Positions 9,743 through 20,688 are shown, counted from the stretch's first letter. The stretch is 64,000 bases of DNA from Alistipes sp. (GCA_045652985.1 JAZOLM010000032.1:6916-70915); one strand, 5' to 3'. Notes: generated from the sequence alone by a model not told the origin. Numbers and translations are program-made.

Positions 9743-12259
9743 ATGAAAAAGTTATTATATAGCATTTTGGCTCTTGCGGGTGTAGTTGCTACATCGTGTG
9801 TGCAGGAGCATATCGATGTGCAGTACATTCCTGAGAATGCTGTTGCTCCAGTATTGGGCGACATCCAGGGCTGCGCACTCGAGGATGGTGGTGCTGACAT
9901 CGTTGTGGAGTACACCAAGGCTGAGTTTGGTGTAGCTACAGCACAGTCACACACCCTCTACGTATCTAAGTCAGAGGATATGGCCGATATGAAGAAGGCT
10001 AAGGCTACCTTCGGCGACTCTACTATCACAATGACTCAGGCTGACATCAACATCGCTGCTTTGGACTTTGCTGCTGCAGGCGAGGAGGTTGATATGTACT
10101 TCGCAATTGTTGCTAACCTTAACACTGATAAGGGTGCTGCAGTAGCAGGCACTGAGCTTCAGTCAAATGTTGTTAAGGCTACCTTCAAGTCATTCGTTGC
10201 TGACATCTTGCCTACTGAGAAGTTCGATAAGGTATGGGTAATCGGTGACTACTGCGGTTGGGATCACGGCAAGACTCAGTTCCTCTTCGACTACACTGCT
10301 TCAGGCACTACATTCGCTGGTGTTGTAGACTTCGCAGATGCTGAGGGTGTATCTAAGGCTGCTAATGGCTTCAAGCTTACTGGTGTTGCTACTTGGGATG
10401 ACACTTGCAACTGGGGCTTGGAGGATAACACATCTGCTGAGGCTGAGGCTTCATCACTTCAGCTTATCACAGGTGGTGGCTCACAGGATATCAAGGCTTA
10501 CGCTAAGCGTTTCTACGGCTTCGAGTTCGACAAGACTACTTTGGTATTGAAGAAGTCTTGGGGTGCTGATCAGATCGGTATCATCGGCTTGAACGGCGAC
10601 TGGGCGACTGATATCGTTATGGAGTACAATCCTAAGTGGACTCGCTTCTATGCTGATGTTGATATTACTGCTGATGGCACAATGAAGTTCCGTGCTGATG
10701 CAGCTTGGGATCTCAACTGGGGCGCTGCTGCATTTGGCCTTGAGGGTGATGCCGATGGTAATATCAAGGTTACAGCTGGTAAGTATCGTGTATACTTCAA
10801 CCCAGTAGCAGGTATTCTTGAGTTCAACGCAAAGAACTACGGCACTGAGGAGGATACTGGCGCTAATGGTGGTACAACTCCAGAGCCAGAGCCACAGCCA
10901 GGCATCGAGGAGAACCGTTGGGGTGTCGTAGGTACTATCAACAGCTGGGGTGAAACTCCTGACCTCTATATGAACGAGGTAGGCGAGAACCTCTATGCTC
11001 GTATGGGTGTTACCGTTACCGATACTGATATGTTCAAGGTACGTTTCAACAATGGTTGGGACATCAACTATGGTGCTGCTGGCGATGTTGAGCCTTATGC
11101 AGTTACTGTAGGCGAGGAGATGACACTTGTTGCAAATGGTAAGAACCTCTCAGCTCCTGCTGGCACATACGACATCTACTTCAATGTTGCTGATTTCAAG
11201 ATGTGGGTAATGCCTGAGGGTGAGACTCCTGGTGGCGTTGAGGTTAAGACTGTTAAGATCTATGGTGATGTATCAGCTACTGGCTGGACAGCTTGCTACG
11301 CTTGGATTTGGGATGCTAGCGCAAACTACACTGGTGGCAATTGGCCAGGTGAGGCTCTCTCTATGGAGGGCGATTACTATGTATGGAATGTTCCTGCATC
11401 GTTGATGGGTGCTACAGTAAATGTTATCTTCAGCAATGGCGAGGGTGATCAGACTGTAGATCTCACTGGTGTTGTTCTCTCTGACGATGTAGTTATCACT
11501 CTTACTGATAACGCAGGTGGCAAGTGGAACGCAACTATCAACGGTGAGGCTCCTGTTACTCCAGAGCCTCCTGCTGTTAAGGAGTACGGCTTGGTAGGTT
11601 CACTCACAGGTTGGGGTGGCTCACCAGATATCAAGTTCACCGATGCTGGCAACGGCTGCTACACTCTTATGGGTCAGCCATTGACAACCGAGGATGCTTT
11701 CAAGGTACGTCTCTATGGTGTATGGGATGATACAGAGAACTATGGTCTTGCAACTGCAGGTACTGTAAATATCAACGAGGCTATTACACTTATCACAAGT
11801 GGTGGTAGCGGTGATATGAAGGTAGCAGTCTCTGGTACTTACGATCTCTACTTCTACCCAGCAGCCTTTACTCTCTATGTTATGACTGAGGGTACTGCTC
11901 CTGAGGTAACTCCAGCACCAGAGCCAACAGATGATGTTTGGACTATCAAGGGTGACGTTAACGGCACACAGTGGACATCAGACATTGCAACTGAGCTCGT
12001 TGATGGTTTGTACGTTGCTAAGAACGTAACATTCCAGGACTCTTGGAGCCAGGGCGCTAACTTCAAGGTGCTTAAGAATGGCACTTGGATGGGTTCAACT
12101 GCAGGTGGTACTCACAACGTAGGCGATGCTATCGCAGTATCTGAGGCTGGTGATAACATCACTATGAATGTTACACTCGACACTCCTTACGACATCTACA
12201 TTGACGGTGCAAACCTCAATGTCTATGTTGTAGAGGCTGGTACAACACCCGCTATCTAA
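9743..12259 (+). CDS. SusE/SusF-like multi-domain surface starch-binding lipoprotein
   Basis: Lipobox ATSC; repeated Ig-like modules (FKVRF..GWD.NYG, GTYDIYF); CBM26-like YAWIWD...NWPG; P/E-rich linkers; directly after susD. Confidence 0.85.
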   Translation: MKKLLYSILALAGVVATSCVQEHIDVQYIPENAVAPVLGDIQGCALEDGGADIVVEYTKAEFGVATAQSHTLYVSKSEDMADMKKAKATFGDSTITMTQADINIAALDFAAAGEEVDMYFAIVANLNTDKGAAVAGTELQSNVVKATFKSFVADILPTEKFDKVWVIGDYCGWDHGKTQFLFDYTASGTTFAGVVDFADAEGVSKAANGFKLTGVATWDDTCNWGLEDNTSAEAEASSLQLITGGGSQDIKAYAKRFYGFEFDKTTLVLKKSWGADQIGIIGLNGDWATDIVMEYNPKWTRFYADVDITADGTMKFRADAAWDLNWGAAAFGLEGDADGNIKVTAGKYRVYFNPVAGILEFNAKNYGTEEDTGANGGTTPEPEPQPGIEENRWGVVGTINSWGETPDLYMNEVGENLYARMGVTVTDTDMFKVRFNNGWDINYGAAGDVEPYAVTVGEEMTLVANGKNLSAPAGTYDIYFNVADFKMWVMPEGETPGGVEVKTVKIYGDVSATGWTACYAWIWDASANYTGGNWPGEALSMEGDYYVWNVPASLMGATVNVIFSNGEGDQTVDLTGVVLSDDVVITLTDNAGGKWNATINGEAPVTPEPPAVKEYGLVGSLTGWGGSPDIKFTDAGNGCYTLMGQPLTTEDAFKVRLYGVWDDTENYGLATAGTVNINEAITLITSGGSGDMKVAVSGTYDLYFYPAAFTLYVMTEGTAPEVTPAPEPTDDVWTIKGDVNGTQWTSDIATELVDGLYVAKNVTFQDSWSQGANFKVLKNGTWMGSTAGGTHNVGDAIAVSEAGDNITMNVTLDTPYDIYIDGANLNVYVVEAGTTPAI

Positions 12260-12269
12260 TACTTAATTA

Positions 12270-12305
12270 ATACCACGCGTACACACGTGCGCGTGGTATC
12301 CCTTT
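12270..12305 (+). terminator. Hairpin after the susCD-susE/F-like block
   Basis: ATACCACGCGTAC...GTGCGCGTGGTAT stem followed by a short CCCTTT. Confidence 0.55.
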
Positions 12306-12357
12306 GGTCGGGCGGCTTTGATCGGCTTCCCGACCCCTAATTAAAACTACAGAGCGT

Positions 12358-13629
12358 ATGAAGAAGATTCTTTGGGGCATCGTGCCATTGATGATGGTGG
12401 CATTGGTGGCGTGTGGTGGCAATGATGAGCCTATCTTCCCCGACAACCCAAATAAGGAGGAGCCTAAACCAGACCCTGAGCCAGACCCTGAGCCTGTGCC
12501 TGAGGTTGAGACATTCTATAAGGGTACGACAATGTCGTTTGCCAACTACCTCGTAGATTTCGGCTTGGTGTACCGCGAGGGTGGCGAGGTGACAAACCCC
12601 TATAAGTCGGTTAAGGCGCATGGTGCAAATATCGTGCGTCTGCAGCTCGATAGGGTAGCCTTCCCGGAGATTAATGGCGTAACTATAGACTGGCAACAGT
12701 GGGAGCGTGTCCTGGAGGATGCCAAGTGCGCAAAGGCCGAGGGCCTCGATATAATGCTCACACTAAAGCCCGACTACGACAAATACTCCTCTACGGGAGC
12801 GCAGCACAATAACATTCCGGAGGATTGGAAGTCTATGGACGAAGTGACCCTCGGAGGCTCGCTCTATAATTGGGTATACGACACGCTTGTGGCACTGCAT
12901 AACGAGGGTATAGATCCCAAGATTGTGGCGGTGGGCAACGAGGTAAACATCGGCTTTCTGCTCAATGGCTCGCACGATGCAGCACGCTCGGCGCGCCTGT
13001 TGAACTATGGACATAATGCTGTGCGCGACTATGCTCGCGACTGCGACGTGGAGGTATTGTCGGCACTCCATATTGCCAACCCAGCCAAAATAGGGTATGT
13101 CGAGACATACAAGCAGGCGGGATGTACCAACTACGATATCATCGCCTTGTCGTGGTATCCAGGCACAAACATAGGCCACTCTATGGGCTCGTATAGCAAC
13201 TTCGAGACTATGGGTAAGGCTATGCTCGAGAAGCATGGCAAGCGCATTATGATACTTGAGACGGCGCACTCGTTCACTACAGGCACAGTTAGCGGTCAGT
13301 GGATGGGCGACTGGTGCGATAACTCATATAACTACCCCGATTGGAACGACGCCACAAACGCCACAAACTACACCCCTGCAAAGCAGCGTGAGTGGCTTCT
13401 CGCCCTCGCCAAGGATGTTCAGGCTGGTGGTGGCATCGGCGTTATAACATGGGGCACCGAGTCTCTGCCAGACCTTTTGGAGGGTAAGGCGCAGGGTCAC
13501 GGTCTCGGATTGTATACCTATCCTGCGGCATGGGGCTACGGCTCAACATGGGAGAATAACTCCTATTGGGACTTCACCAACGATAACAACCTCCACAAGG
13601 GTATCGACTGGATGATGGATGTTGAGTAA
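12358..13629 (+). CDS. GH53-family glycoside hydrolase lipoprotein (endo-beta-1,4-galactanase-like)
   Basis: Lipobox LVAC, PEPD linker, GANIVRL, VAVGNEVN (acid/base Glu), ILETAH (nucleophile Glu), GSTWEN. Confidence 0.8.
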   Translation: MKKILWGIVPLMMVALVACGGNDEPIFPDNPNKEEPKPDPEPDPEPVPEVETFYKGTTMSFANYLVDFGLVYREGGEVTNPYKSVKAHGANIVRLQLDRVAFPEINGVTIDWQQWERVLEDAKCAKAEGLDIMLTLKPDYDKYSSTGAQHNNIPEDWKSMDEVTLGGSLYNWVYDTLVALHNEGIDPKIVAVGNEVNIGFLLNGSHDAARSARLLNYGHNAVRDYARDCDVEVLSALHIANPAKIGYVETYKQAGCTNYDIIALSWYPGTNIGHSMGSYSNFETMGKAMLEKHGKRIMILETAHSFTTGTVSGQWMGDWCDNSYNYPDWNDATNATNYTPAKQREWLLALAKDVQAGGGIGVITWGTESLPDLLEGKAQGHGLGLYTYPAAWGYGSTWENNSYWDFTNDNNLHKGIDWMMDVE

Positions 13630-13659
13630 TGCAAGAAACAAACTAAAAACACAAACAAT

Positions 13660-15900
13660 ATGAAAACTAAGTTCTTAACAGTAGCCGCTCTGGCTATGTC
13701 GATGCTTCTTTCGTCGTGTGGCTCGGAGCAGAAGAAAAAGGGCGACAACCAGCAGGGCGACGCAATAGAGCAGAGCGTTAGTTGTGAGGCGCAGGGCAAC
13801 GCAGTAGAGCAGAGCGATAGCTGTGAGGCGCAGAGCAACAAGGATCTTGCAAAGACATTCGAGTTGGGCAACAAGGATCTTGTGATGCCTATGTATGTTA
13901 AGGTGGGCACAACAACCCACTACCTCACCGACTACTACCCACAGTGGGTGGGCGCTGACAAGGTGACTACCGACGATGAGCGCCTAACGTTGACACCTCT
14001 CAAGGATGACTGGTCAGAGTTCTCGGTGACCACACCAGCCAAGAACTTCGTCTCGACCATCGACGTATGGCATGGCGAGTCGAAGCTATCTATCGTCGTG
14101 CTTGGTGGTGAGCGCAACAAGGATAACTTCATGTCTGCCTTCAGCACGGATAAGGTGTGCGCAAACAAGAGTGTTGGCGAGGCTGTCGTAATGTGGCAGA
14201 ACCAGCGTGTTGAGAGTGTGGAGGTGGATGATGATCGTATCTACTACACTCTTCCCGAGAATGCATACGACTATAAGCGCTCTTATGTGCGTATCTTTGC
14301 CGCTAAGGAGGATGGTCGTTTCAACGATGTCCTAATTCCACTCGACGAGGGTTATAAGATATCTTATGCAAACAAGCTTATGCGCCAGGATAAGCACTCA
14401 CAGGTGTTGTACTCGTTGATGATCGACCGCTTCAACAATGGTAACAAGTCTAACGACTGGAAGCTTAACTCTCCAGAGGTGTTGGACAAGGTTGACTACC
14501 AGGGAGGCGATATCGCAGGTATCACTGAGAAGATTAACGATGGCTTCTTCACTCGCCTCGGTATCTCAACAATCTGGATTTCGCCTATCACGCAGAATCC
14601 ATACGATGCGTGGGGTCAGAACGTAAACCCCGATACCAAGTTCTCGGGCTACCATGGCTACTGGCCTATCTATAGCACCGTAGTAGACAAGCGCTTCGGT
14701 ACCGACGAGGAGCTCCGCACTATGCTTGCTACGGCTCACGATAATGGTCATAATGTCATCCTCGACTATGTGGCTAACCACCTCCACATCAACTCTCCAG
14801 TATTGCAGGAGCACCCCGACTGGACTACGGATCTCTACTTGCCCGATGGTCGTAAGAATATCGGTCAGTGGGATGGCGAGACACGCCTTACCACATGGTT
14901 CGATGAGCATATCCCAACTCTCGACCTTGAGCGTGTTGAGGTGTGCGACCCTATGACCGACTCGGCTCTCTACTGGGTGCGTAACTTCGATTTCGATGGC
15001 TACCGCCACGACGCTTGTAAGCATATTCCACTCGACTACTGGCGTATGCTAACCCATAAGATGAAGTCTGAGATGCCTAACCGTGATGTATGGCAGATTG
15101 GTGAGACTTATGGCGATCCCGAGCTTATTGGCTCATACGTTAAGTCGGGTATGATCGACGCACAATTCGACTTCAACGTATATCACGACTCTCGTGATAT
15201 CATCATCGACGAGTCACGCTCGATGCTCGACCTTGTACGCACCATCGAGACATCCGAGGCGGCGTATGGCTCGCACCACACCATGGGTAACATCACCGGT
15301 AACCACGATAAGCCACGCTTCATCTCGTTGGCAGGTGGCGATATGGCCTTGGGCTGGTACGACGACAAGGCTGAGGGCTGGCACCGTGAGGTCGGCGTAG
15401 GCGATATGGATAAGGGCTATGCTCGTATGAAGTTGCTCAAGGCTATCATCTCTACCATTCCTGGTGTCCCTTGCGTATATCAGGGTGATGAGTATGGTGT
15501 TCCTGGTGCTAACGACCCCGATAATCGCGATATGATGACCTTCAAGGCTGAGAACGAGTATCAGGAGCGTGAGTTGCAGGCTACAAGCGAGCTCTTCAAC
15601 CTCCGCCGCTCATCTATGGCGTTGATGTATGGTAACTTCAAGACCTTGTATGCCGACGACGATATCTGGGTATTTATGCGCCACTATATGGACGATGTAG
15701 CTATTGTGGCTATCAACATCCGTGGCGAGGATAGAGTATGTAACTTGACACTCGACAACTTCCTTTTCCAGGTCATCCCATCAAATATGACCACCGCTTT
15801 GTCGTCAAACGGCACAGCTAAGATTCACCGTCACCAGGATTTTGGTGTGAAGATGGATGTTCCAGCATATGGCTATGCAATATATATGAACAGAAAGTAG
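13660..15900 (+). CDS. GH13 alpha-amylase-family lipoprotein
   Basis: Lipobox LSSC; DRFNNG, YHGYW, GYRHDACKH, GETY and GNHD catalytic motifs. Confidence 0.92.
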   Translation: MKTKFLTVAALAMSMLLSSCGSEQKKKGDNQQGDAIEQSVSCEAQGNAVEQSDSCEAQSNKDLAKTFELGNKDLVMPMYVKVGTTTHYLTDYYPQWVGADKVTTDDERLTLTPLKDDWSEFSVTTPAKNFVSTIDVWHGESKLSIVVLGGERNKDNFMSAFSTDKVCANKSVGEAVVMWQNQRVESVEVDDDRIYYTLPENAYDYKRSYVRIFAAKEDGRFNDVLIPLDEGYKISYANKLMRQDKHSQVLYSLMIDRFNNGNKSNDWKLNSPEVLDKVDYQGGDIAGITEKINDGFFTRLGISTIWISPITQNPYDAWGQNVNPDTKFSGYHGYWPIYSTVVDKRFGTDEELRTMLATAHDNGHNVILDYVANHLHINSPVLQEHPDWTTDLYLPDGRKNIGQWDGETRLTTWFDEHIPTLDLERVEVCDPMTDSALYWVRNFDFDGYRHDACKHIPLDYWRMLTHKMKSEMPNRDVWQIGETYGDPELIGSYVKSGMIDAQFDFNVYHDSRDIIIDESRSMLDLVRTIETSEAAYGSHHTMGNITGNHDKPRFISLAGGDMALGWYDDKAEGWHREVGVGDMDKGYARMKLLKAIISTIPGVPCVYQGDEYGVPGANDPDNRDMMTFKAENEYQERELQATSELFNLRRSSMALMYGNFKTLYADDDIWVFMRHYMDDVAIVAINIRGEDRVCNLTLDNFLFQVIPSNMTTALSSNGTAKIHRHQDFGVKMDVPAYGYAIYMNRK
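13751..13839 (+). repeat. 39-bp tandem repeat (about 2.3 copies) in the GH13 linker
   Basis: Encodes QGDAIEQSVSCEA / QGNAVEQSDSCEA. Confidence 0.8.
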
Positions 15901-15926
15901 AATACGAATAACCAGGATATAAAATT

Positions 15927-17438
15927 ATGAAGAGATTATTTATGTTTGTAGCCCTCGCTGCTATGTTAGTGGCTTGTGGCGGTAATCAGAAAGAGAAGAA
16001 GCAGGAGCAGATTCAGGAGCAGACTCAGGAGCAGGCTCAGGCAGAGCCTCAGACAGAGCCTCAGGCAGAGTCACAGGATGAGCCTCAGGATGAGCCTATG
16101 GCAGAGTCACAGGTGGCTTATGAGTTTGACAAGTTCAACTCTGTAGTCTACGAGTTGAACATCCGTCAGGCAACAGTGGAGGGTACCTTCGCAGCTGCTG
16201 AGAAGTACTTGCCTGAGTTGAAGAACATGGGCGTTGACATCGTATGGCTTATGCCTGTGAGCCCTATCGGTGTTGAGGAGCGCAAGGGTACACTTGGCTC
16301 ATACTACTCAATTATCGACTATAAGGCTATCAACCCTGAGTTCGGTACTATGGAGGACTTCCAGAGCTTCCTTAACACAGCTCATGACCTCGGTCTTAAG
16401 GTCATCATCGACTGGGTGGCTAACCACACATCTCGCGATGCTAAGTGGTGGAACGAGGGCAAGCAGGATTGGTACGTTATGGACTACAACACTGGCAAGC
16501 CTATCGTAGAGTACGACTGGACAGATATCGCAAAGCTTAACTATAAGAATGTCGAGATGCGTGCAGCAATGCTTGATGCACTTAAGTTCTGGATTGAGAT
16601 GGGTGTTGATGGCTACCGTTGCGACGTTGCTATGAACGTTCCTGGCGACTTCTGGGCAGATGCATGGGCTGAGGTTCGCAAGATTAACCCTGATGTATAC
16701 CTCTTGGCTGAGGGCGAGGAGTCATGGTTGCATGAGAGCGGATTCGAGGCTACATATGCTTGGGAGCTCCACCACATTTTCAACGCTATGGCTAAGGGCG
16801 GCAGCGAGACTAAGAACGTAGCTGGCGATGGTACTATCAAGACCGACGCTAAGTATGTTAAGGATTTGAAGGAGTACCTCGAGCGTGACGACGTTAAGTA
16901 TCCAGCACCAGCAATGCGTCTTATGTTCACCTCTAACCACGATGAGAACTCATGGGCAGGTACTGAGTTCGAGCGTATGGGTGATGCTCACAAGGCATTC
17001 GCAGCCCTCACATTCGTATTGCCTAAGTCACAGCCACTCATCTACACAGGTCAGGAGATTGCTCTAAACCGCCGTTTGGAGTTCTTCGAGAAGGACTCTA
17101 TCGTAGAGCTCGTTGACTTGGAGTATGGCAAGGAGTATCGCGAGTTCTACAAGGGTCTCTGCGCCTTCCGCCACGCTAACAAGGTACTTGCTGCTGGCGA
17201 GAATGTAGCACCTATCGTATATGTTGATGGCGCACCTGAGACAGTATTGGCATTCACACGTGAGAAGGATGGCAACAAGGTACTCTGTATGTTCAACTTC
17301 TCAGCAGAGCCTGCTAAGGTGACTATCACCGAGTCAGCTGCTGACGACTATATGTGTACTTGCGGCGAGGCTAGGAGCTTCAAGGCTGGTGACGAGGTTG
17401 AGCTCGCAGCATGGGGCTTTATGCTTCTTTCAAAGTAA
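15927..17438 (+). CDS. GH13 alpha-amylase-family lipoprotein
   Basis: Lipobox LVAC; Q/E/P linker from 12-bp repeats; DWVANH, GYRCDVA, LAEG, SNHDEN. Confidence 0.93.
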   Translation: MKRLFMFVALAAMLVACGGNQKEKKQEQIQEQTQEQAQAEPQTEPQAESQDEPQDEPMAESQVAYEFDKFNSVVYELNIRQATVEGTFAAAEKYLPELKNMGVDIVWLMPVSPIGVEERKGTLGSYYSIIDYKAINPEFGTMEDFQSFLNTAHDLGLKVIIDWVANHTSRDAKWWNEGKQDWYVMDYNTGKPIVEYDWTDIAKLNYKNVEMRAAMLDALKFWIEMGVDGYRCDVAMNVPGDFWADAWAEVRKINPDVYLLAEGEESWLHESGFEATYAWELHHIFNAMAKGGSETKNVAGDGTIKTDAKYVKDLKEYLERDDVKYPAPAMRLMFTSNHDENSWAGTEFERMGDAHKAFAALTFVLPKSQPLIYTGQEIALNRRLEFFEKDSIVELVDLEYGKEYREFYKGLCAFRHANKVLAAGENVAPIVYVDGAPETVLAFTREKDGNKVLCMFNFSAEPAKVTITESAADDYMCTCGEARSFKAGDEVELAAWGFMLLSK

Positions 17439-17500
17439 GATATAATATGCGGTACGCTATCCTTATGTAGGGTGGCGTACTGCATCTATATGAATATCAG

Positions 17501-18787
17501 ATGATGTATAAGAATCCAGAGTGGAGCTACTCTGCGGTGCTCTACGAGATGAACATACGCCAGCTTACTGCCGAGGGTACGTTTCGTGCCGCCATCGAGC
17601 GCTTGCCATTCTTGCGCTCGGTAGGTGTCGATGCGCTGTGGCTAATGCCAATATATCCTATTGGCATCGAGGGTCGTAAGGGAACGCTTGGCTCCTACTA
17701 CTCAATTCGCGACTATAAGGCGGTAAACGAGGAGTTCGGTACGGAGGATGACTTCCGCGCCTTTGTTGCCGCGGCACATGCCTTGGGTATGAAGGTTCTG
17801 TTGGATTGGGTGGCTAACCATACGGCGCGCGATGCACGCTGGATTACTCAGAAACCGGCAGATTGGTATGAGCGCGATGAACAGGGTGTGGCAAAGGTGC
17901 CCTGGGACTGGACCGACACGGCGAAGCTGAACTACGCTAACCACGACGTGTGGTGCGGACATATCGATGCCATGCGCTACTGGGTCGAGGAGTTTGGTGT
18001 CGATGGCTTCCGTTGCGATATGGCGATGCTCGTGCCTATCGAGTTCTGGCAGGAGGCATCCGAGGAGCTACACCGCATTAAGCCCGATATCTTCATGTTG
18101 GCGGAGGCCGAGGAGGATAACCTCTTCGATAGGGCCTTCAATATGAGCTACCAGTGGGAGATACACCATATCATGGTCGATATAGCCAAGGGAGCTCGTC
18201 GTGTATGGGACTTGCGTGGTGCGATACACAGCCAGCGCGCGCGTTACCCACGCGAGGCTATGCGCATGAGCTTCACCTCGAACCACGACGAGAACTCGTG
18301 GAGTGGCTCGGAGCAGTCGCGCTTTGGCGCCGCCTTGGAGGTGATGACGGCAATGACCTTCCTCATGCCCTCGACAATGCCCCTTATCTATACGGGTCAG
18401 GAGGTGGGCTACGACCACTCGTTCGAGTTCTTCGAGAGGGATGCTATCCCCGCGGAGAACTACGTGGAAAACCGCACCTCGGAGCTATATCGCCGTTTGT
18501 CTGCCTTGAAGCATAGCTCGCAGGCATTGGCTGCAGGCGAGCGTGGCGGCGAGATGATTGAGATTGAGAATAACGCCAAGGATTGCATGATGACCTTCGT
18601 GCGAGAGGTGGAGGACAGCCGTGTGGTGGCTATTATGAACCTATCGCCCTATACGATACATGCCGATTTTAATACTGGTATATATGCTGGTAGCTACCTT
18701 GATGCAATGACTGGCGAGAGGGTAGTGCTCGATACACACGTTGAGCGCGATATCGCCCCTTGGTGCTATCAGATATTGGTTAAATAG
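17501..18787 (+). CDS. GH13 alpha-amylase family, no signal peptide; paralog of the upstream gene
   Basis: DWVANH, GFRCDMA, LAEA, SNHDENSW. Confidence 0.93.
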   Translation: MMYKNPEWSYSAVLYEMNIRQLTAEGTFRAAIERLPFLRSVGVDALWLMPIYPIGIEGRKGTLGSYYSIRDYKAVNEEFGTEDDFRAFVAAAHALGMKVLLDWVANHTARDARWITQKPADWYERDEQGVAKVPWDWTDTAKLNYANHDVWCGHIDAMRYWVEEFGVDGFRCDMAMLVPIEFWQEASEELHRIKPDIFMLAEAEEDNLFDRAFNMSYQWEIHHIMVDIAKGARRVWDLRGAIHSQRARYPREAMRMSFTSNHDENSWSGSEQSRFGAALEVMTAMTFLMPSTMPLIYTGQEVGYDHSFEFFERDAIPAENYVENRTSELYRRLSALKHSSQALAAGERGGEMIEIENNAKDCMMTFVREVEDSRVVAIMNLSPYTIHADFNTGIYAGSYLDAMTGERVVLDTHVERDIAPWCYQILVK

Positions 18788-18801
18788 ATTAAAACTAAGA
18801 T

Positions 18802-20667
18802 ATGAAAAGAGTATTTTCTATCGTAATGCTTGTGGCTGTTGCCTTTACTGCAACGGCTGCTAAGCCAAAACTTAAGGTAGAGCACGTAGAGCCACTATCG
18901 TGGTGGGTGGGCATGAACACCCCTCTGCAGCTCATGGTAAATGGCGAGGGCGTCGCTGCGTATGATGTGGCTATTCTGCCTGAGGGTCAGGGTGTGGAGG
19001 TGACAGCTATCCATAAGGCTGATAGCCCCAACTACCTATTTGTGGATGTCGCGATTGCCGATGATGCCAAGGCAGGTGAGTATACCTTGCGCTTTACATC
19101 TGGTCGTACGAAGTGCGATGTGAAGTATATGATTGAGGAGCGCCGTGAGGGCTCGCGCGAGCGTGAGAGCTTCACAAATGCCGACTTCGTATACCTCATT
19201 ATGCCCGACCGCTTTGCTAATGGCGATGCGTCGAACGATAATACAAAGGATACTGCCGAGAAGGCGGACCGCACAAAGCCATGGCTTCGCCATGGCGGTG
19301 ACCTTCAGGGTATGATTGACCACCTCGACTATATTGCCGACCTTGGTGCTACAGCCATTTGGTCTACACCGCTCCTCCTTGATGATGAGAATGGTGCATC
19401 GTATCACGGCTACTCATGTAGTGACTACTACCTCATCGACCCACGTTTTGGTACTAATGAGTTGTATAAGAAGTATGTCGATGAGTGCCATAAGCGTGGC
19501 TTGAAGGTGATTATGGATATCGTGCCTAACCATAGCTCGACAACACACTGGTGGTACGACGATCAGCCCTTCAAGGATTGGACGCACCAGTGGGATGAGT
19601 ATACACAGTCGAACTGGACATTCTCTACGAATATGGACTTCAACGCTTCGGTGGCGGACCTCTATCAGATGGAGAGTGGTTGGTTCGATCGCTCGATGGC
19701 CGACATGAACCTCGACAACCCATTCTTGCTCAACTACTTCAAGCAGTGGGCGGTATGGTGGGTCGAGTACTCCGATTTGGATGGCTTCCGTGTGGATACC
19801 TACCCCTATAACGAGAAGGGTCCTATGAGCGAGTGGTGCAAGGCAGTCATGGCGGAGTATCCCAACTTCAATATCGTTGGTGAGGTGTGGACATCGTCTA
19901 TCCCACAGCTCGCCTACTGGCAGGGTGGCAACTATAATAAGGATGGCTTCAACTCTAATTTGAAGTCTATCATGGACTTCCCATTGCATGACGCTCTGCG
20001 CGCTGCTATGACCGAGAGTGGCAACCATGCCGGCTGGGGTCAGGGTATGACACGCGTCTACGATGTATTGTCGCACGACTTCGTCTACCACGACCTTTCG
20101 AACATGATGATCATGGCTGCTAACCACGATACCGATCGTATTGGTGATGTCTGCGAGGGCGATGTGCGCAAGATGAAGATCGTTCATACCTTGCTATGCA
20201 CCATGCGTGGTATGCCACAGATGTTGTATGGCGACGAGCTAATGTTCCGCTCTACGGATCGCTCTAAGGGACACCCAACCCTGCGTGTGGACTTCCCTGG
20301 TGGCTGGGAGGGTGATAGCGTCAACCTCTTCAACCGAGAGGAGCAGAGTGGCGATCAGAAGGAGCTCTTCGACTATACGCGTCACCTTATGAACTGGCGT
20401 AAGTCGAAGGAGGTTATCCACTCGGGTAAGACCTTGCACTTCATTGACCGTGATAATACATATGCCTTCTTCCGCTATAACGATACGGATGTTGTCTTTG
20501 TGTATGTGAATAATAGCGATAGCGAGCGTATCGTGCCATGGTCACGCTATAGCGAGATTACTTCAAACCTCACTGTAGGTAAGGATGTTATCACAGGCGA
20601 AGAGGTTACGATGGATAGGGTAGTTGTAGCACCGCAGACCGCGCTCGTTATAGAGTTTGAGCGATAG
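18802..20667 (+). CDS. SusA-like neopullulanase/cyclomaltodextrinase (GH13)
   Basis: Signal peptide; VEPLSWWVGM N-domain; GFRVDTY, GEVW, ANHD. Confidence 0.92.
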   Translation: MKRVFSIVMLVAVAFTATAAKPKLKVEHVEPLSWWVGMNTPLQLMVNGEGVAAYDVAILPEGQGVEVTAIHKADSPNYLFVDVAIADDAKAGEYTLRFTSGRTKCDVKYMIEERREGSRERESFTNADFVYLIMPDRFANGDASNDNTKDTAEKADRTKPWLRHGGDLQGMIDHLDYIADLGATAIWSTPLLLDDENGASYHGYSCSDYYLIDPRFGTNELYKKYVDECHKRGLKVIMDIVPNHSSTTHWWYDDQPFKDWTHQWDEYTQSNWTFSTNMDFNASVADLYQMESGWFDRSMADMNLDNPFLLNYFKQWAVWWVEYSDLDGFRVDTYPYNEKGPMSEWCKAVMAEYPNFNIVGEVWTSSIPQLAYWQGGNYNKDGFNSNLKSIMDFPLHDALRAAMTESGNHAGWGQGMTRVYDVLSHDFVYHDLSNMMIMAANHDTDRIGDVCEGDVRKMKIVHTLLCTMRGMPQMLYGDELMFRSTDRSKGHPTLRVDFPGGWEGDSVNLFNREEQSGDQKELFDYTRHLMNWRKSKEVIHSGKTLHFIDRDNTYAFFRYNDTDVVFVYVNNSDSERIVPWSRYSEITSNLTVGKDVITGEEVTMDRVVVAPQTALVIEFER

Positions 20668-20688
20668 TCGCCATAGCGCCTCTTATTT

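Noticed and set aside
8315-20187. Long antisense ORFs over PUL genes (e.g. 8315-9040, 19414-20187)
   Set aside because: Shadow frames of strongly codon-biased sense genes; no protein motifs.
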